From Bacilli bacterium (GTDB lineage: Bacteria > Bacillota_I > Bacilli_A > ML615J-28 > CAG-698), in contig JBMNLY010000001.1 of assembly GCA_050953045.1 (NCBI GenBank), positions 156,534 to 220,533 of the forward strand: a DNA stretch of 64,000 bases. The letters run 5' to 3'. The notes beneath the pieces are model-generated. The model did not search any database. It was given only the letters and a program-made list of their open reading frames with translations, and had not been told where the DNA came from. How positions within the stretch are numbered: the first letter of the stretch is position 1; every line of letters starts with the position of its first letter. Positions 30,243-38,586 of the stretch are shown here, piece after piece. Position numbers and translations under genes: made by a program.

Positions 30243-31734
30243 AAAAACTATCAATTGGCGCATTCCCGTTATTTATCTTGGAACCGTATTTGTATTAACT
30301 TATATTATCGGTGCTTTTAACGGTTATGCAGGGACTCTAAACTATGCTCTCTTCGGGCTCTTAAACGGTGGTCTCGTGTTCGGGGCTGTCTTTATGGCAA
30401 CTGAACCGGTAACAAGTCCCAGAACTCCGAACGGGAAAATCATCTATGCCTTTGGCTTAGGTGTCTTGACCATTCTTTTCCGCTTCGCTAGCTCGATGCC
30501 TGAAGGTGTTGCTACTTCAATTTTAATTCTGAATATGTTTACAGCTTTAATTGAACGTATTTCCGCAAAACTCCGTGTTGAGCCGAATAAAATTAAAGTT
30601 GCTCTTAATTATGTTGTAATCGGACTTTTATTCTCCGGAATTAGTGTTTTTGCGGTTGTAAAAAATGTTCCGACGGAAATCGTTACTCCTGAGATTGTGG
30701 TAGAAGTGTCTGTTTACGAACAAGATTTTGATACTCTAAACTTTAAATATACATTAACTGTTGACGGCGAAGAAGTGATTGTTGAAACAGATCAAAGTTA
30801 CAAGATTTTAAATATCAGCAATCCTGAATTTAAAGCAAATGAATATAAAGATGCAATTTCAGAAGCTATCAGCAAGAAAAAAATGACGCTTTATATTCTT
30901 GAACATTTAGAAACAGATGATGAAATCATTCTTTATGTTAATACCAAAGGTTTTGCTGTGAATATGACAGCAACTATCACCTTCAACAATGATTTTGAAA
31001 TGACCTCTTATTCGGTTGATACTAGAAATGAATCTTACCAACATTATGGAGATTGGAATGGTAAACATCCTGATGAAGAAGTTCCAAATCAGATTATTGA
31101 AAATCAGACTGATTTAGGCCAAGTTCAGGTTGTAACCGGAGCAACAATTACTTCAAAAGCTTTGGTAGAAGCTGCTCGTTTAGCTTTAGATTATGTTGAA
31201 TATCTTGAAAACCTAACAACAATAAAGCTTGTAAATAGTTATCAAAACTTAGAAAACTTCAATTTTATTTATCTTTTCCGAAATGCTGACGGTAAATTTA
31301 AAGTCGAAGCCGATCAAGATGGCAACCTCTTAACTACGGTAAATGAAGATATTAAAGCTGAAGTAGAAGAAGCGGTTTCCGAAAATCTGCTTGAAGAATA
31401 CATCGTCGGTGCAGGTACTGAAGCAAATAGCATTGTTGTAAAAACAAAAGGCTATGGAAATAATCCTGCTTTAGAATCTACAATCACCTATGATCCTGAT
31501 ACCTTAAAAATTACCGGTTTTAAGACCAATACCGAATCAGAAACATATCAATATAGTCAAAGCTGGACCGGCGAAGAGCCTGGTCAAGTGATGCCGAATC
31601 GGATTGTTACCGGTCAGGATGATTTAGACAATGTTGATACAGTAACCGGTGCTACCGTCACCTCAAAATCTCTTATCAGAGCCGCTAAACTCGCTCTTGA
31701 GTATTTGGCTTACTTAGGAGGCAATAATGAATAG
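30112..31734 (+). CDS. rnfD: RnfD C-terminal third fused in-frame to an RnfG-like module (TM helix + two FMN_bind domains)
   Basis: ..LWDMFLGMKPGSLAETS..EPVTSP..ILILNMF (RnfD C-term) then TM YVVIGLLFSGISVFAVV and two FMN-binding motifs VVTGATITSKA / TVTGATVTSKS. Confidence 0.7.
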   Translation: MPVLLTKSLENYTLWDMFLGMKPGSLAETSVLLCLISLVYLIVRKTINWRIPVIYLGTVFVLTYIIGAFNGYAGTLNYALFGLLNGGLVFGAVFMATEPVTSPRTPNGKIIYAFGLGVLTILFRFASSMPEGVATSILILNMFTALIERISAKLRVEPNKIKVALNYVVIGLLFSGISVFAVVKNVPTEIVTPEIVVEVSVYEQDFDTLNFKYTLTVDGEEVIVETDQSYKILNISNPEFKANEYKDAISEAISKKKMTLYILEHLETDDEIILYVNTKGFAVNMTATITFNNDFEMTSYSVDTRNESYQHYGDWNGKHPDEEVPNQIIENQTDLGQVQVVTGATITSKALVEAARLALDYVEYLENLTTIKLVNSYQNLENFNFIYLFRNADGKFKVEADQDGNLLTTVNEDIKAEVEEAVSENLLEEYIVGAGTEANSIVVKTKGYGNNPALESTITYDPDTLKITGFKTNTESETYQYSQSWTGEEPGQVMPNRIVTGQDDLDNVDTVTGATVTSKSLIRAAKLALEYLAYLGGNNE

Positions 31735-32272
31735 AACTTTAAAATATACATTGTTTTTGCTGATAATGGGTATTGTCGCCGGAGGATTATTAGCGCTTGT
31801 AAATAGTTTTACAGCACCGATAATCGAGGAAAGACAAAGACAAGCTGTTATGGAAGTTTTAGGCGAACATTTCGATTATCAGGATTATTCGCTTGATAAA
31901 GCAAGCGAATATCCAGATCGAGATACTGCCATAATGGCCATCTATTTTGCCCGCAATTCCGAAGGAGAAGTTGCTGCCGTAATTTACCAAACATCTGCTA
32001 AAGGTTATGGAGGTCAGATTGTCTCCTTAATCGGAATCAAAGCTGACGGCAGTTTCGATAATGTTGCGGTTGTGGAAGCTAGCGGCGAGACAAAAGGACT
32101 AGGAACACAGGTGCTTGATTTCGACTTCGGTGTCAACAATGAAAGCGTGAATGATTATTCATATAATTCCATTTCGGGTGCCACCGTTTCATCGGCAGCA
32201 GTACACATCGGAATTGATGTTGCTGCGGCACATTTTAAGAGGCACTTTATAGGAGGAATAACTAATGAATAA
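31727..32272 (+). CDS. rnfG: Rnf subunit G (FMN-binding)
   Basis: N-term TM, SGATVSSAAV flavin-attachment motif. Confidence 0.8.
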   Translation: MNRTLKYTLFLLIMGIVAGGLLALVNSFTAPIIEERQRQAVMEVLGEHFDYQDYSLDKASEYPDRDTAIMAIYFARNSEGEVAAVIYQTSAKGYGGQIVSLIGIKADGSFDNVAVVEASGETKGLGTQVLDFDFGVNNESVNDYSYNSISGATVSSAAVHIGIDVAAAHFKRHFIGGITNE

Positions 32273-32798
32273 TAATAAAAATGAAGTACTCTTAAACGGA
32301 ATTTGGAAAGAAAATCCGGTACTTGTTTCCCTTTTAGGATTATGTTCCGTACTGGCGATTTCACTTACCATTGAAAATGCACTCGGAATGGGCATAGCCT
32401 TCTCATTTGTCTTAATTATGTCGAACGTGATTATCTCATTAATCAGAAACATCGTTCCTAGTGAAATTCGGATTCCTGTCTACATTGTCGTCGTTGCAAC
32501 TTTGGTTGTAATTGTCGAAATGTTAATGGCGGCATTTCTTCCCGCTCTTTATGAAAGTTTAGGAATATTCATTCCTTTGATTGTTGTTAACTGTATCATC
32601 TTAGGAAGAGCCGAAGCTTTTGCTTCCAAAAACGACGTTTTTGATTCGTTCTTAGATGCGATTGGCATGTCACTCGGATATACGATCGTTCTCATTGTTC
32701 TTTCTATGGTCAGAGAGTTTTTCGCTTCTGGAAATATTACAATCTGGGGAAATCTGCAACTTTCCCTTCCTGAAAAAGTGAAAGAAATCTTTTGCTGA
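32265..32798 (+). CDS. rnfE: Rnf subunit E, frameshifted near 32790 (true C-terminus continues in +1 frame to 32907)
   Basis: RnfE/NqrD pattern; +1 frame after T4 run encodes ..FFTDFFVKPPSAFILLGVFIGVANIINNSLKGAKK and ends TAATG overlapping rnfA start. Confidence 0.75.
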   Translation: MNNNKNEVLLNGIWKENPVLVSLLGLCSVLAISLTIENALGMGIAFSFVLIMSNVIISLIRNIVPSEIRIPVYIVVVATLVVIVEMLMAAFLPALYESLGIFIPLIVVNCIILGRAEAFASKNDVFDSFLDAIGMSLGYTIVLIVLSMVREFFASGNITIWGNLQLSLPEKVKEIFC

Positions 32799-32906
32799 TT
32801 TCTTCACCGATTTCTTTGTTAAACCACCTTCAGCATTTATCTTGCTCGGTGTCTTTATCGGTGTTGCTAATATTATAAATAATTCTTTGAAAGGAGCTAA
32901 GAAATA

Positions 32907-33485
32907 ATGGGTGAACTCATAACTTTAGCTTTTACTGCTATCGTCATTGAAAATGTTTTGTTAGCAAGATTCTTAGGGGTTTGCCCGTTCTTAGGCGTCT
33001 CGAAGAAACGTGATTCCGCGGTTGGAATGGGACTCGCAGTTATCTTTGTTATTACTCTTTCCAGCGTTGTCGCTTGGCTCCTTTATACTTATATTCTTGT
33101 TCCTTTTAAGATGGTTTACATGCGGACGATTATCTTCATTCTCGTAATCGCATCCCTTGTACAAATGATTGAAATGTTTATTAAGAAGATTTCACCGGCG
33201 CTCTATCGTTCGCTCGGAATTTATCTCCCGCTGATTACGACCAACTGTGCGGTTTTGGGTATGGCGACTCTTGTAGCCGATCCCTCCTACACATTTTTAA
33301 CCGCTTTAATCTTCTCGTTTGCTTCAGCGGTAGGCTTCTTATTCGTAATCTATCTATTTTCAACAATTAGGGAAAAGATTGCCCGTGGTGATGTTCCGAA
33401 AGCTTTCCAAGGCGTACCGATTGCTTTGATTACTGCCGGAATTATGGCGATGATCTTTTCTAGATTTGGAGTGTTGAATTTATGA
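32907..33485 (+). CDS. rnfA: Rnf subunit A
   Basis: 192 aa, MGELITLAFTAIVIENVLLARFLGVCPFLGVSKK. Confidence 0.85.
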   Translation: MGELITLAFTAIVIENVLLARFLGVCPFLGVSKKRDSAVGMGLAVIFVITLSSVVAWLLYTYILVPFKMVYMRTIIFILVIASLVQMIEMFIKKISPALYRSLGIYLPLITTNCAVLGMATLVADPSYTFLTALIFSFASAVGFLFVIYLFSTIREKIARGDVPKAFQGVPIALITAGIMAMIFSRFGVLNL

Positions 33486-33781
33486 TCTTAAATGTTTTCC
33501 AAACATATTTCTTGCCCGCAATCGTTCTTGCGGGTACAGGCGCCATTTTCGGTCTTTTGATCGGCGTTTTTTCCAAAATTTTTGCAGTCGAAGTTGACGA
33601 GAGACTTTCACAATTAATCGAAATGCTTCCCGGTTATAATTGCGGTGCTTGCGGTTATCCCGGTTGTGCCGGTATGGCTGAGGGTCTTTCGAAAGGTGAA
33701 GTTGAAGTAGCTTCATGCAAACCCGCAAAAGAAGAAGTTCGTGATAAAATTAGACAATTTTTGAAAGAAAATTACAATTAG
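33482..33781 (+). CDS. rnfB: Rnf subunit B, short form: TM + N-terminal Fe-S domain only, no ferredoxin-like domains
   Basis: CGACGYPGCAG...C four-Cys cluster motif; ORF stops at 99 aa; no downstream coding remnant. Confidence 0.65.
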   Translation: MILNVFQTYFLPAIVLAGTGAIFGLLIGVFSKIFAVEVDERLSQLIEMLPGYNCGACGYPGCAGMAEGLSKGEVEVASCKPAKEEVRDKIRQFLKENYN

Positions 33782-33807
33782 TAAAACATTTACATTTTAA
33801 AAGATGA

Positions 33808-33836
33808 TTGTATAATTAAAGCCTATATGGTATAAT
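33808..33836 (+). promoter_or_regulatory. promoter of the pre-insertion lipoprotein gene (TTGTAT -17- TGgTATAAT)
   Basis: followed by RBS AAGGAGGA and ATG 33875 now separated from its ORF by the transposon. Confidence 0.4.
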
Positions 33837-33876
33837 ACTTATGTCTTAAGTAATATTAAGGAGGAAAAGACGACAT

Positions 33877-33884
33877 GTTAAAAA
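33877..33884 (+). repeat. 8-bp target site duplication GTTAAAAA (left)
   Basis: identical 8-mer abuts the outer end of each IS copy; second at 38577..38584. Confidence 0.75.
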
Positions 33885-33979
33885 GATTAAGCCCTTATAA
33901 TTGTGTAAAAAGAAAATGAGCCACAAACTCATATCCTCGGTTAGAATATAAGTGACAAACAAATACCAAACCGAGGAGG

Positions 33980-35197
33980 ATGAAATCCATGGCTCAGTTT
34001 AATATTACCCTAACCGAAGAAGAATTGCACGGACTTTTTATAAGCAACGGACGAGATGTAGCCGTAGCAAAATTGCTAGAAAAGATCTTTAATGAGATCC
34101 TTCGAGGCCAGTCCACTGAACAGCTATGTGCTGAACCGTATGAGAGAACCGATCAGCGAAGAGCATACCGTAATGGCAGCTATAAGCGTGAACTGGTGAC
34201 CCGGGTTGGAACACTGACCTTACGCATTCCTCGCCACCGAAACGGCGAATTCAGCACCGAACTTTTTGAACGTTATCAGCGGAGCGAACAGGCACTGGTG
34301 CTGGCCATGATGGAAATGGTGGTTAATGGTGTCTCTACTCGGAAAGTAGAAACCATCACCGAAGAACTCTGTGGCAAGAAGTTTTCTAAATCAACCGTTT
34401 CAGCTCTTTGTCAGAAATTGGACCCGCTGGTTCATGACTTTCGAACAAGACCGCTGGAAAGCCACTATCCGTTTTTGATAGTCGATGCCCTTTATCTCAA
34501 AGCGCGCATTAATAACAGGGTACAATCCAGAGGCTTACTTGTCGCTATCGGTGTCAACGAAAAAGGAAATCGGGAAGTTATCGGCTTTCAAGTGGCCAAT
34601 AGCGAATCGGAAAGCAGCTGGAGCGATTTTTTTGAATCATTAAAAGAGCGAGGGCTGAAGGATGTGCACCTGGTGACTTCCGACAACCATAAAGGCCTGG
34701 TGAATGCCATTCAGAAACAATTCCAGGGAACCACTTGGCAAAGGTGTCAAACCCACTTTTCAAGGAACATGATTGATCAGACACCCAAATCGCTGCAGGT
34801 CGAAATGAAGGAAGATCTGCGCCGACTTTACGAAGCCGTAGACCTGGAAAGCGCCAAAGGTGTCCGGGATCAGATTATTGCCACATATGAATCCAAAGCG
34901 CCTAGAGCAACATCCTTACTGGATGAAGCCTTTGACGATATTACCGCCGTTTTAATCATGCCACTCAAATACCGCAAAAGACTGCGTACAACCAATGGGG
35001 TAGAACGGCTTAACCAGGAAATCCGGCGTCGTGAACGGGTTATACGTATTTTCCCTAACGAGGCATCAGTGATCCGGCTCATGGGTGCCCTGCTGATGGA
35101 ACAAAGCGAAAAATGGCAGACAGGGTGTAAATACTTTGAGATGGATCTGTATTACCAGGCTATGAAAAAAGATTCAAAAGATACGTTTGCTGCTTAG
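33980..35197 (+). CDS. IS256-family (MULE) transposase; probable true start ATG 33989
   Basis: YPFLIVDALYLKAR, WQRCQTHFSRN, RTTNGVERLNQEIRRRERV signature blocks. Confidence 0.85.
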   Translation: MKSMAQFNITLTEEELHGLFISNGRDVAVAKLLEKIFNEILRGQSTEQLCAEPYERTDQRRAYRNGSYKRELVTRVGTLTLRIPRHRNGEFSTELFERYQRSEQALVLAMMEMVVNGVSTRKVETITEELCGKKFSKSTVSALCQKLDPLVHDFRTRPLESHYPFLIVDALYLKARINNRVQSRGLLVAIGVNEKGNREVIGFQVANSESESSWSDFFESLKERGLKDVHLVTSDNHKGLVNAIQKQFQGTTWQRCQTHFSRNMIDQTPKSLQVEMKEDLRRLYEAVDLESAKGVRDQIIATYESKAPRATSLLDEAFDDITAVLIMPLKYRKRLRTTNGVERLNQEIRRRERVIRIFPNEASVIRLMGALLMEQSEKWQTGCKYFEMDLYYQAMKKDSKDTFAA

Positions 35198-35217
35198 AGT
35201 CGCATTTATTCCACGGT

Positions 35218-35401
35218 CCTGGTTGACAGTGAGCCTCTAGCCGCATGGCTTCTGGCACCACAGGCAGCCCCCTGTTCACAACTGCCTACCTGGTCCTAAT
35301 GGGTGATTTAAAGCTGCCGAGTATTGCCATAAAGGTTGTCCCGTGTTTGGGTGCTGCCAGGCTTTTAGCCTACCATGCGGCCTCTCACTGTTCAACCAGG
35401 C
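35218..35401 (+). other. GC-rich structured segment inside IS 3' region (long-range stem CCTGGTTGACAGTGAG...CTCACTGTTCAACCAGG, inner stem GCCGCATGG/CCATGCGGC); candidate IS-borne RNA element
   Basis: 314-bp non-coding tail after transposase stop, nested inverted repeats. Confidence 0.35.
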
Positions 35402-35505
35402 TTTCGCGGCATAAAAGCTCACGGTTTGTGATACTGAAAAAGTGAGCAGCCTTAACAACAAACTGATTAAAGTGTTACCGAGGAAATTTACACACTAATT
35501 GGGAC

Positions 35506-35534
35506 TTGACTTTGTAACGTTTGCATATTATCAT
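35506..35534 (+). promoter_or_regulatory. possible hybrid promoter: outward -35 TTGACT at IS end + flank -10 TATCAT (17-nt spacer) directed at SDR gene
   Basis: IS256 ends are known to create hybrid promoters; geometry fits. Confidence 0.35.
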
Positions 35535-35621
35535 ATTATTACAGTATTTGATTCGTGTGTTAACCAAATAGCGGAAATGTTAAACGAAAAGAAAGAGGTG
35601 ATGTGTAAGTAGAAACACCTG

Positions 35622-36059
35622 AAAGATAAAAATTTAGAAAGGTGGAATCTATAATGGGTAAATTAGATGGCAAAGTAGTAGTAGTGACAGGTTCAGTTTC
35701 AGCGATTCCTGGTTTTGACTCTATCGGTTCGGCAACAGTTCGTGAAGCATTGGCTGAAGGAGCAAAAAAAGATAAAAATTTAGAAAGGTGGAATCTATAA
35801 TGGGTAAATTAGATGGCAAAGTAGTAGTAGTGACAGGTTCAGTTTCAGCGATTCCTGGTTTTGACTCTATCGGTTCGGCAACAGTTCGTGAAGCATTGGC
35901 TGAAGGAGCAAAAAAAGATAAAAATTTAGAAAGGTGGAATCTATAATGGGTAAATTAGATGGCAAAGTAGTAGTAGTGACAGGTTCAGTTTCAGCGATTC
36001 CTGGTTTTGACTCTATCGGTTCGGCAACAGTTCGTGAAGCATTGGCTGAAGGAGCAAAA
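35622..36059 (+). repeat. tandem triplication (3 x 146 bp) of SDR gene leader + RBS + first 37 codons
   Basis: ATGs at 35654, 35800, 35946 each preceded by GGTGGAATCTATA; upstream minigenes end ..ERWNL TAA overlapping next ATG (TAATG). Confidence 0.9.
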
Positions 36060-36875
36060 GGGGTAGTTGTGTCCGACATTAACGACAAATTGGGTGAAGC
36101 TTTTGTTAAGGAATTAAATGAGAAATACGGTGAAGGACACGCAACTTTTGTTCACACTGACGTATCTAAACCTGAAGATGTTGAAAAATTATTTGAAACT
36201 ACAGAAAAGGTTTATGGAACTGTAGATGCAATAATGGCTAATGCCGGCGTGGTAACTGCAGAAGATGTCGATAAAGATCCGGAAGAAGTCTTGAAATCTC
36301 GTAAATTTATTCAAAGCATCAATGAAGATGGAGTATTCTATACAGCATTATATGGTTCTCGTTTAATGATCAAAAAAGGAACAAAAGGTTCAATCGTAAT
36401 GGTTTCCAGTATTCATGGTGTTGCAGGTCGTCCTAAAGTTGTAAATCAGGAAACAGGCGATGTTTTAATTGAGCGTTTCAATTTACTTCAATATACAATG
36501 GGTAAACATGGCGTAGTTGGTTTATCAAAAGCATTAGCCCTGCAATTAGCAGATTATGGTATACGCGTAAATACTGTAAATCCAGGTTATATTATGACAC
36601 CATTATTCCAAGCAGCTGTAGCTGCCGATAAAAACGATCTGGCAGATAAAGATTCATTGACAACAGAAGCATTTGACTTTGCTCAATTAGCAGCATTACA
36701 CCCATTATGCAATGACCCTGTAAAAGATAAAGATATCGTTCCTCGCGGCAAATTCGGCGGCCGGATGGGGGTTCCTGCTGAAATTGCTAAGCCTGCGGTA
36801 TTCTTAATGTCAGATGAAGCATCCTTTGTGACAGGTCAAAAATTAGTAATTGATGGGGGTTATACTGCAAGCTAA
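35946..36875 (+). CDS. short-chain dehydrogenase/reductase (SDR) family oxidoreductase, transposon passenger
   Basis: YTMGK (YxxxK), NTVNPGYIMTPL, atypical Gly-rich N-term TGSVSAIPGFDSIGSA; ORF-track start 35934 is an upstream GTG. Confidence 0.75.
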   Translation: MGKLDGKVVVVTGSVSAIPGFDSIGSATVREALAEGAKGVVVSDINDKLGEAFVKELNEKYGEGHATFVHTDVSKPEDVEKLFETTEKVYGTVDAIMANAGVVTAEDVDKDPEEVLKSRKFIQSINEDGVFYTALYGSRLMIKKGTKGSIVMVSSIHGVAGRPKVVNQETGDVLIERFNLLQYTMGKHGVVGLSKALALQLADYGIRVNTVNPGYIMTPLFQAAVAADKNDLADKDSLTTEAFDFAQLAALHPLCNDPVKDKDIVPRGKFGGRMGVPAEIAKPAVFLMSDEASFVTGQKLVIDGGYTAS

Positions 36876-36949
36876 AAGCAACCTAATAATCACTAAACCG
36901 TGTAAATGGAATAATGATCTAAAAATCTAGTTAGGGGCTGCTGAAAAAC

Positions 36950-38576
36950 GATTAAGCCCTTATAATTGTGTAAAAAGAAAATGAGCCACAAACTCATATC
37001 CTCGGTTAGAATATAAGTGACAAACAAATACCAAACCGAGGAGGATGAAATCCATGGCTCAGTTTAATATTACCCTAACCGAAGAAGAATTGCACGGACT
37101 TTTTATAAGCAACGGACGAGATGTAGCCGTAGCAAAATTGCTAGAAAAGATCTTTAATGAGATCCTTCGAGGCCAGTCCACTGAACAGCTATGTGCTGAA
37201 CCGTATGAGAGAACCGATCAGCGAAGAGCATACCGTAATGGCAGCTATAAGCGTGAACTGGTGACCCGGGTTGGAACACTGACCTTACGCATTCCTCGCC
37301 ACCGAAACGGCGAATTCAGCACCGAACTTTTTGAACGTTATCAGCGGAGCGAACAGGCACTGGTGCTGGCCATGATGGAAATGGTGGTTAATGGTGTCTC
37401 TACTCGGAAAGTAGAAACCATCACCGAAGAACTCTGTGGCAAGAAGTTTTCTAAATCAACCGTTTCAGCTCTTTGTCAGAAATTGGACCCGCTGGTTCAT
37501 GACTTTCGAACAAGACCGCTGGAAAGCCACTATCCGTTTTTGATAGTCGATGCCCTTTATCTCAAAGCGCGCATTAATAACAGGGTACAATCCAGAGGCT
37601 TACTTGTCGCTATCGGTGTCAACGAAAAAGGAAATCGGGAAGTTATCGGCTTTCAAGTGGCCAATAGCGAATCGGAAAGCAGCTGGAGCGATTTTTTTGA
37701 ATCATTAAAAGAGCGAGGGCTGAAGGATGTGCACCTGGTGACTTCCGACAACCATAAAGGCCTGGTGAATGCCATTCAGAAACAATTCCAGGGAACCACT
37801 TGGCAAAGGTGTCAAACCCACTTTTCAAGGAACATGATTGATCAGACACCCAAATCGCTGCAGGTCGAAATGAAGGAAGATCTGCGCCGACTTTACGAAG
37901 CCGTAGACCTGGAAAGCGCCAAAGGTGTCCGGGATCAGATTATTGCCACATATGAATCCAAAGCGCCTAGAGCAACATCCTTACTGGATGAAGCCTTTGA
38001 CGATATTACCGCCGTTTTAATCATGCCACTCAAATACCGCAAAAGACTGCGTACAACCAATGGGGTAGAACGGCTTAACCAGGAAATCCGGCGTCGTGAA
38101 CGGGTTATACGTATTTTCCCTAACGAGGCATCAGTGATCCGGCTCATGGGTGCCCTGCTGATGGAACAAAGCGAAAAATGGCAGACAGGGTGTAAATACT
38201 TTGAGATGGATCTGTATTACCAGGCTATGAAAAAAGATTCAAAAGATACGTTTGCTGCTTAGAGTCGCATTTATTCCACGGTCCTGGTTGACAGTGAGCC
38301 TCTAGCCGCATGGCTTCTGGCACCACAGGCAGCCCCCTGTTCACAACTGCCTACCTGGTCCTAATGGGTGATTTAAAGCTGCCGAGTATTGCCATAAAGG
38401 TTGTCCCGTGTTTGGGTGCTGCCAGGCTTTTAGCCTACCATGCGGCCTCTCACTGTTCAACCAGGCTTTCGCGGCATAAAAGCTCACGGTTTGTGATACT
38501 GAAAAAGTGAGCAGCCTTAACAACAAACTGATTAAAGTGTTACCGAGGAAATTTACACACTAATTGGGACTTGACT
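36950..38576 (+). mobile_element. IS256-family insertion sequence, copy 2 (identical to copy 1)
   Basis: identical sequence and ORF content. Confidence 0.8.
37045..38262 (+). CDS. IS256-family transposase (copy 2)
   Basis: identical to 33980..35197. Confidence 0.85.
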   Translation: MKSMAQFNITLTEEELHGLFISNGRDVAVAKLLEKIFNEILRGQSTEQLCAEPYERTDQRRAYRNGSYKRELVTRVGTLTLRIPRHRNGEFSTELFERYQRSEQALVLAMMEMVVNGVSTRKVETITEELCGKKFSKSTVSALCQKLDPLVHDFRTRPLESHYPFLIVDALYLKARINNRVQSRGLLVAIGVNEKGNREVIGFQVANSESESSWSDFFESLKERGLKDVHLVTSDNHKGLVNAIQKQFQGTTWQRCQTHFSRNMIDQTPKSLQVEMKEDLRRLYEAVDLESAKGVRDQIIATYESKAPRATSLLDEAFDDITAVLIMPLKYRKRLRTTNGVERLNQEIRRRERVIRIFPNEASVIRLMGALLMEQSEKWQTGCKYFEMDLYYQAMKKDSKDTFAA

Positions 38577-38584
38577 GTTAAAAA
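38577..38584 (+). repeat. 8-bp target site duplication GTTAAAAA (right)
   Basis: see 33877..33884. Confidence 0.75.
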
Positions 38585-38586
38585 GA

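Larger units (their letters stand above)
33885..35511 (+). mobile_element. IS256-family insertion sequence, copy 1 (1627 bp)
   Basis: left end GATTAAGCCCTTATAATTGTGTAAAAAG resembles IS256 IRL; imperfect IR at right end; GC about 50% vs host about 35%. Confidence 0.8.
33885..38576 (+). mobile_element. composite transposon: IS256-family element - SDR gene passenger - IS256-family element, flanked by 8-bp TSD
   Basis: two identical 1627-bp IS copies in direct orientation, inner flanks unrelated, outer flanks carry GTTAAAAA; joining flanks reconstructs lipoprotein signal peptide MLKRMLMVLVAVFSLFALTACG. Confidence 0.8.

Noticed and set aside
35245-35461. Two overlapping opposite-strand ORFs (66 and 61 aa) in each IS256-like 3' tail (also 38310..38526)
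   Set aside because: They overlap each other on opposite strands within a GC-rich inverted-repeat-rich segment; more consistent with structured non-coding sequence than with genes.
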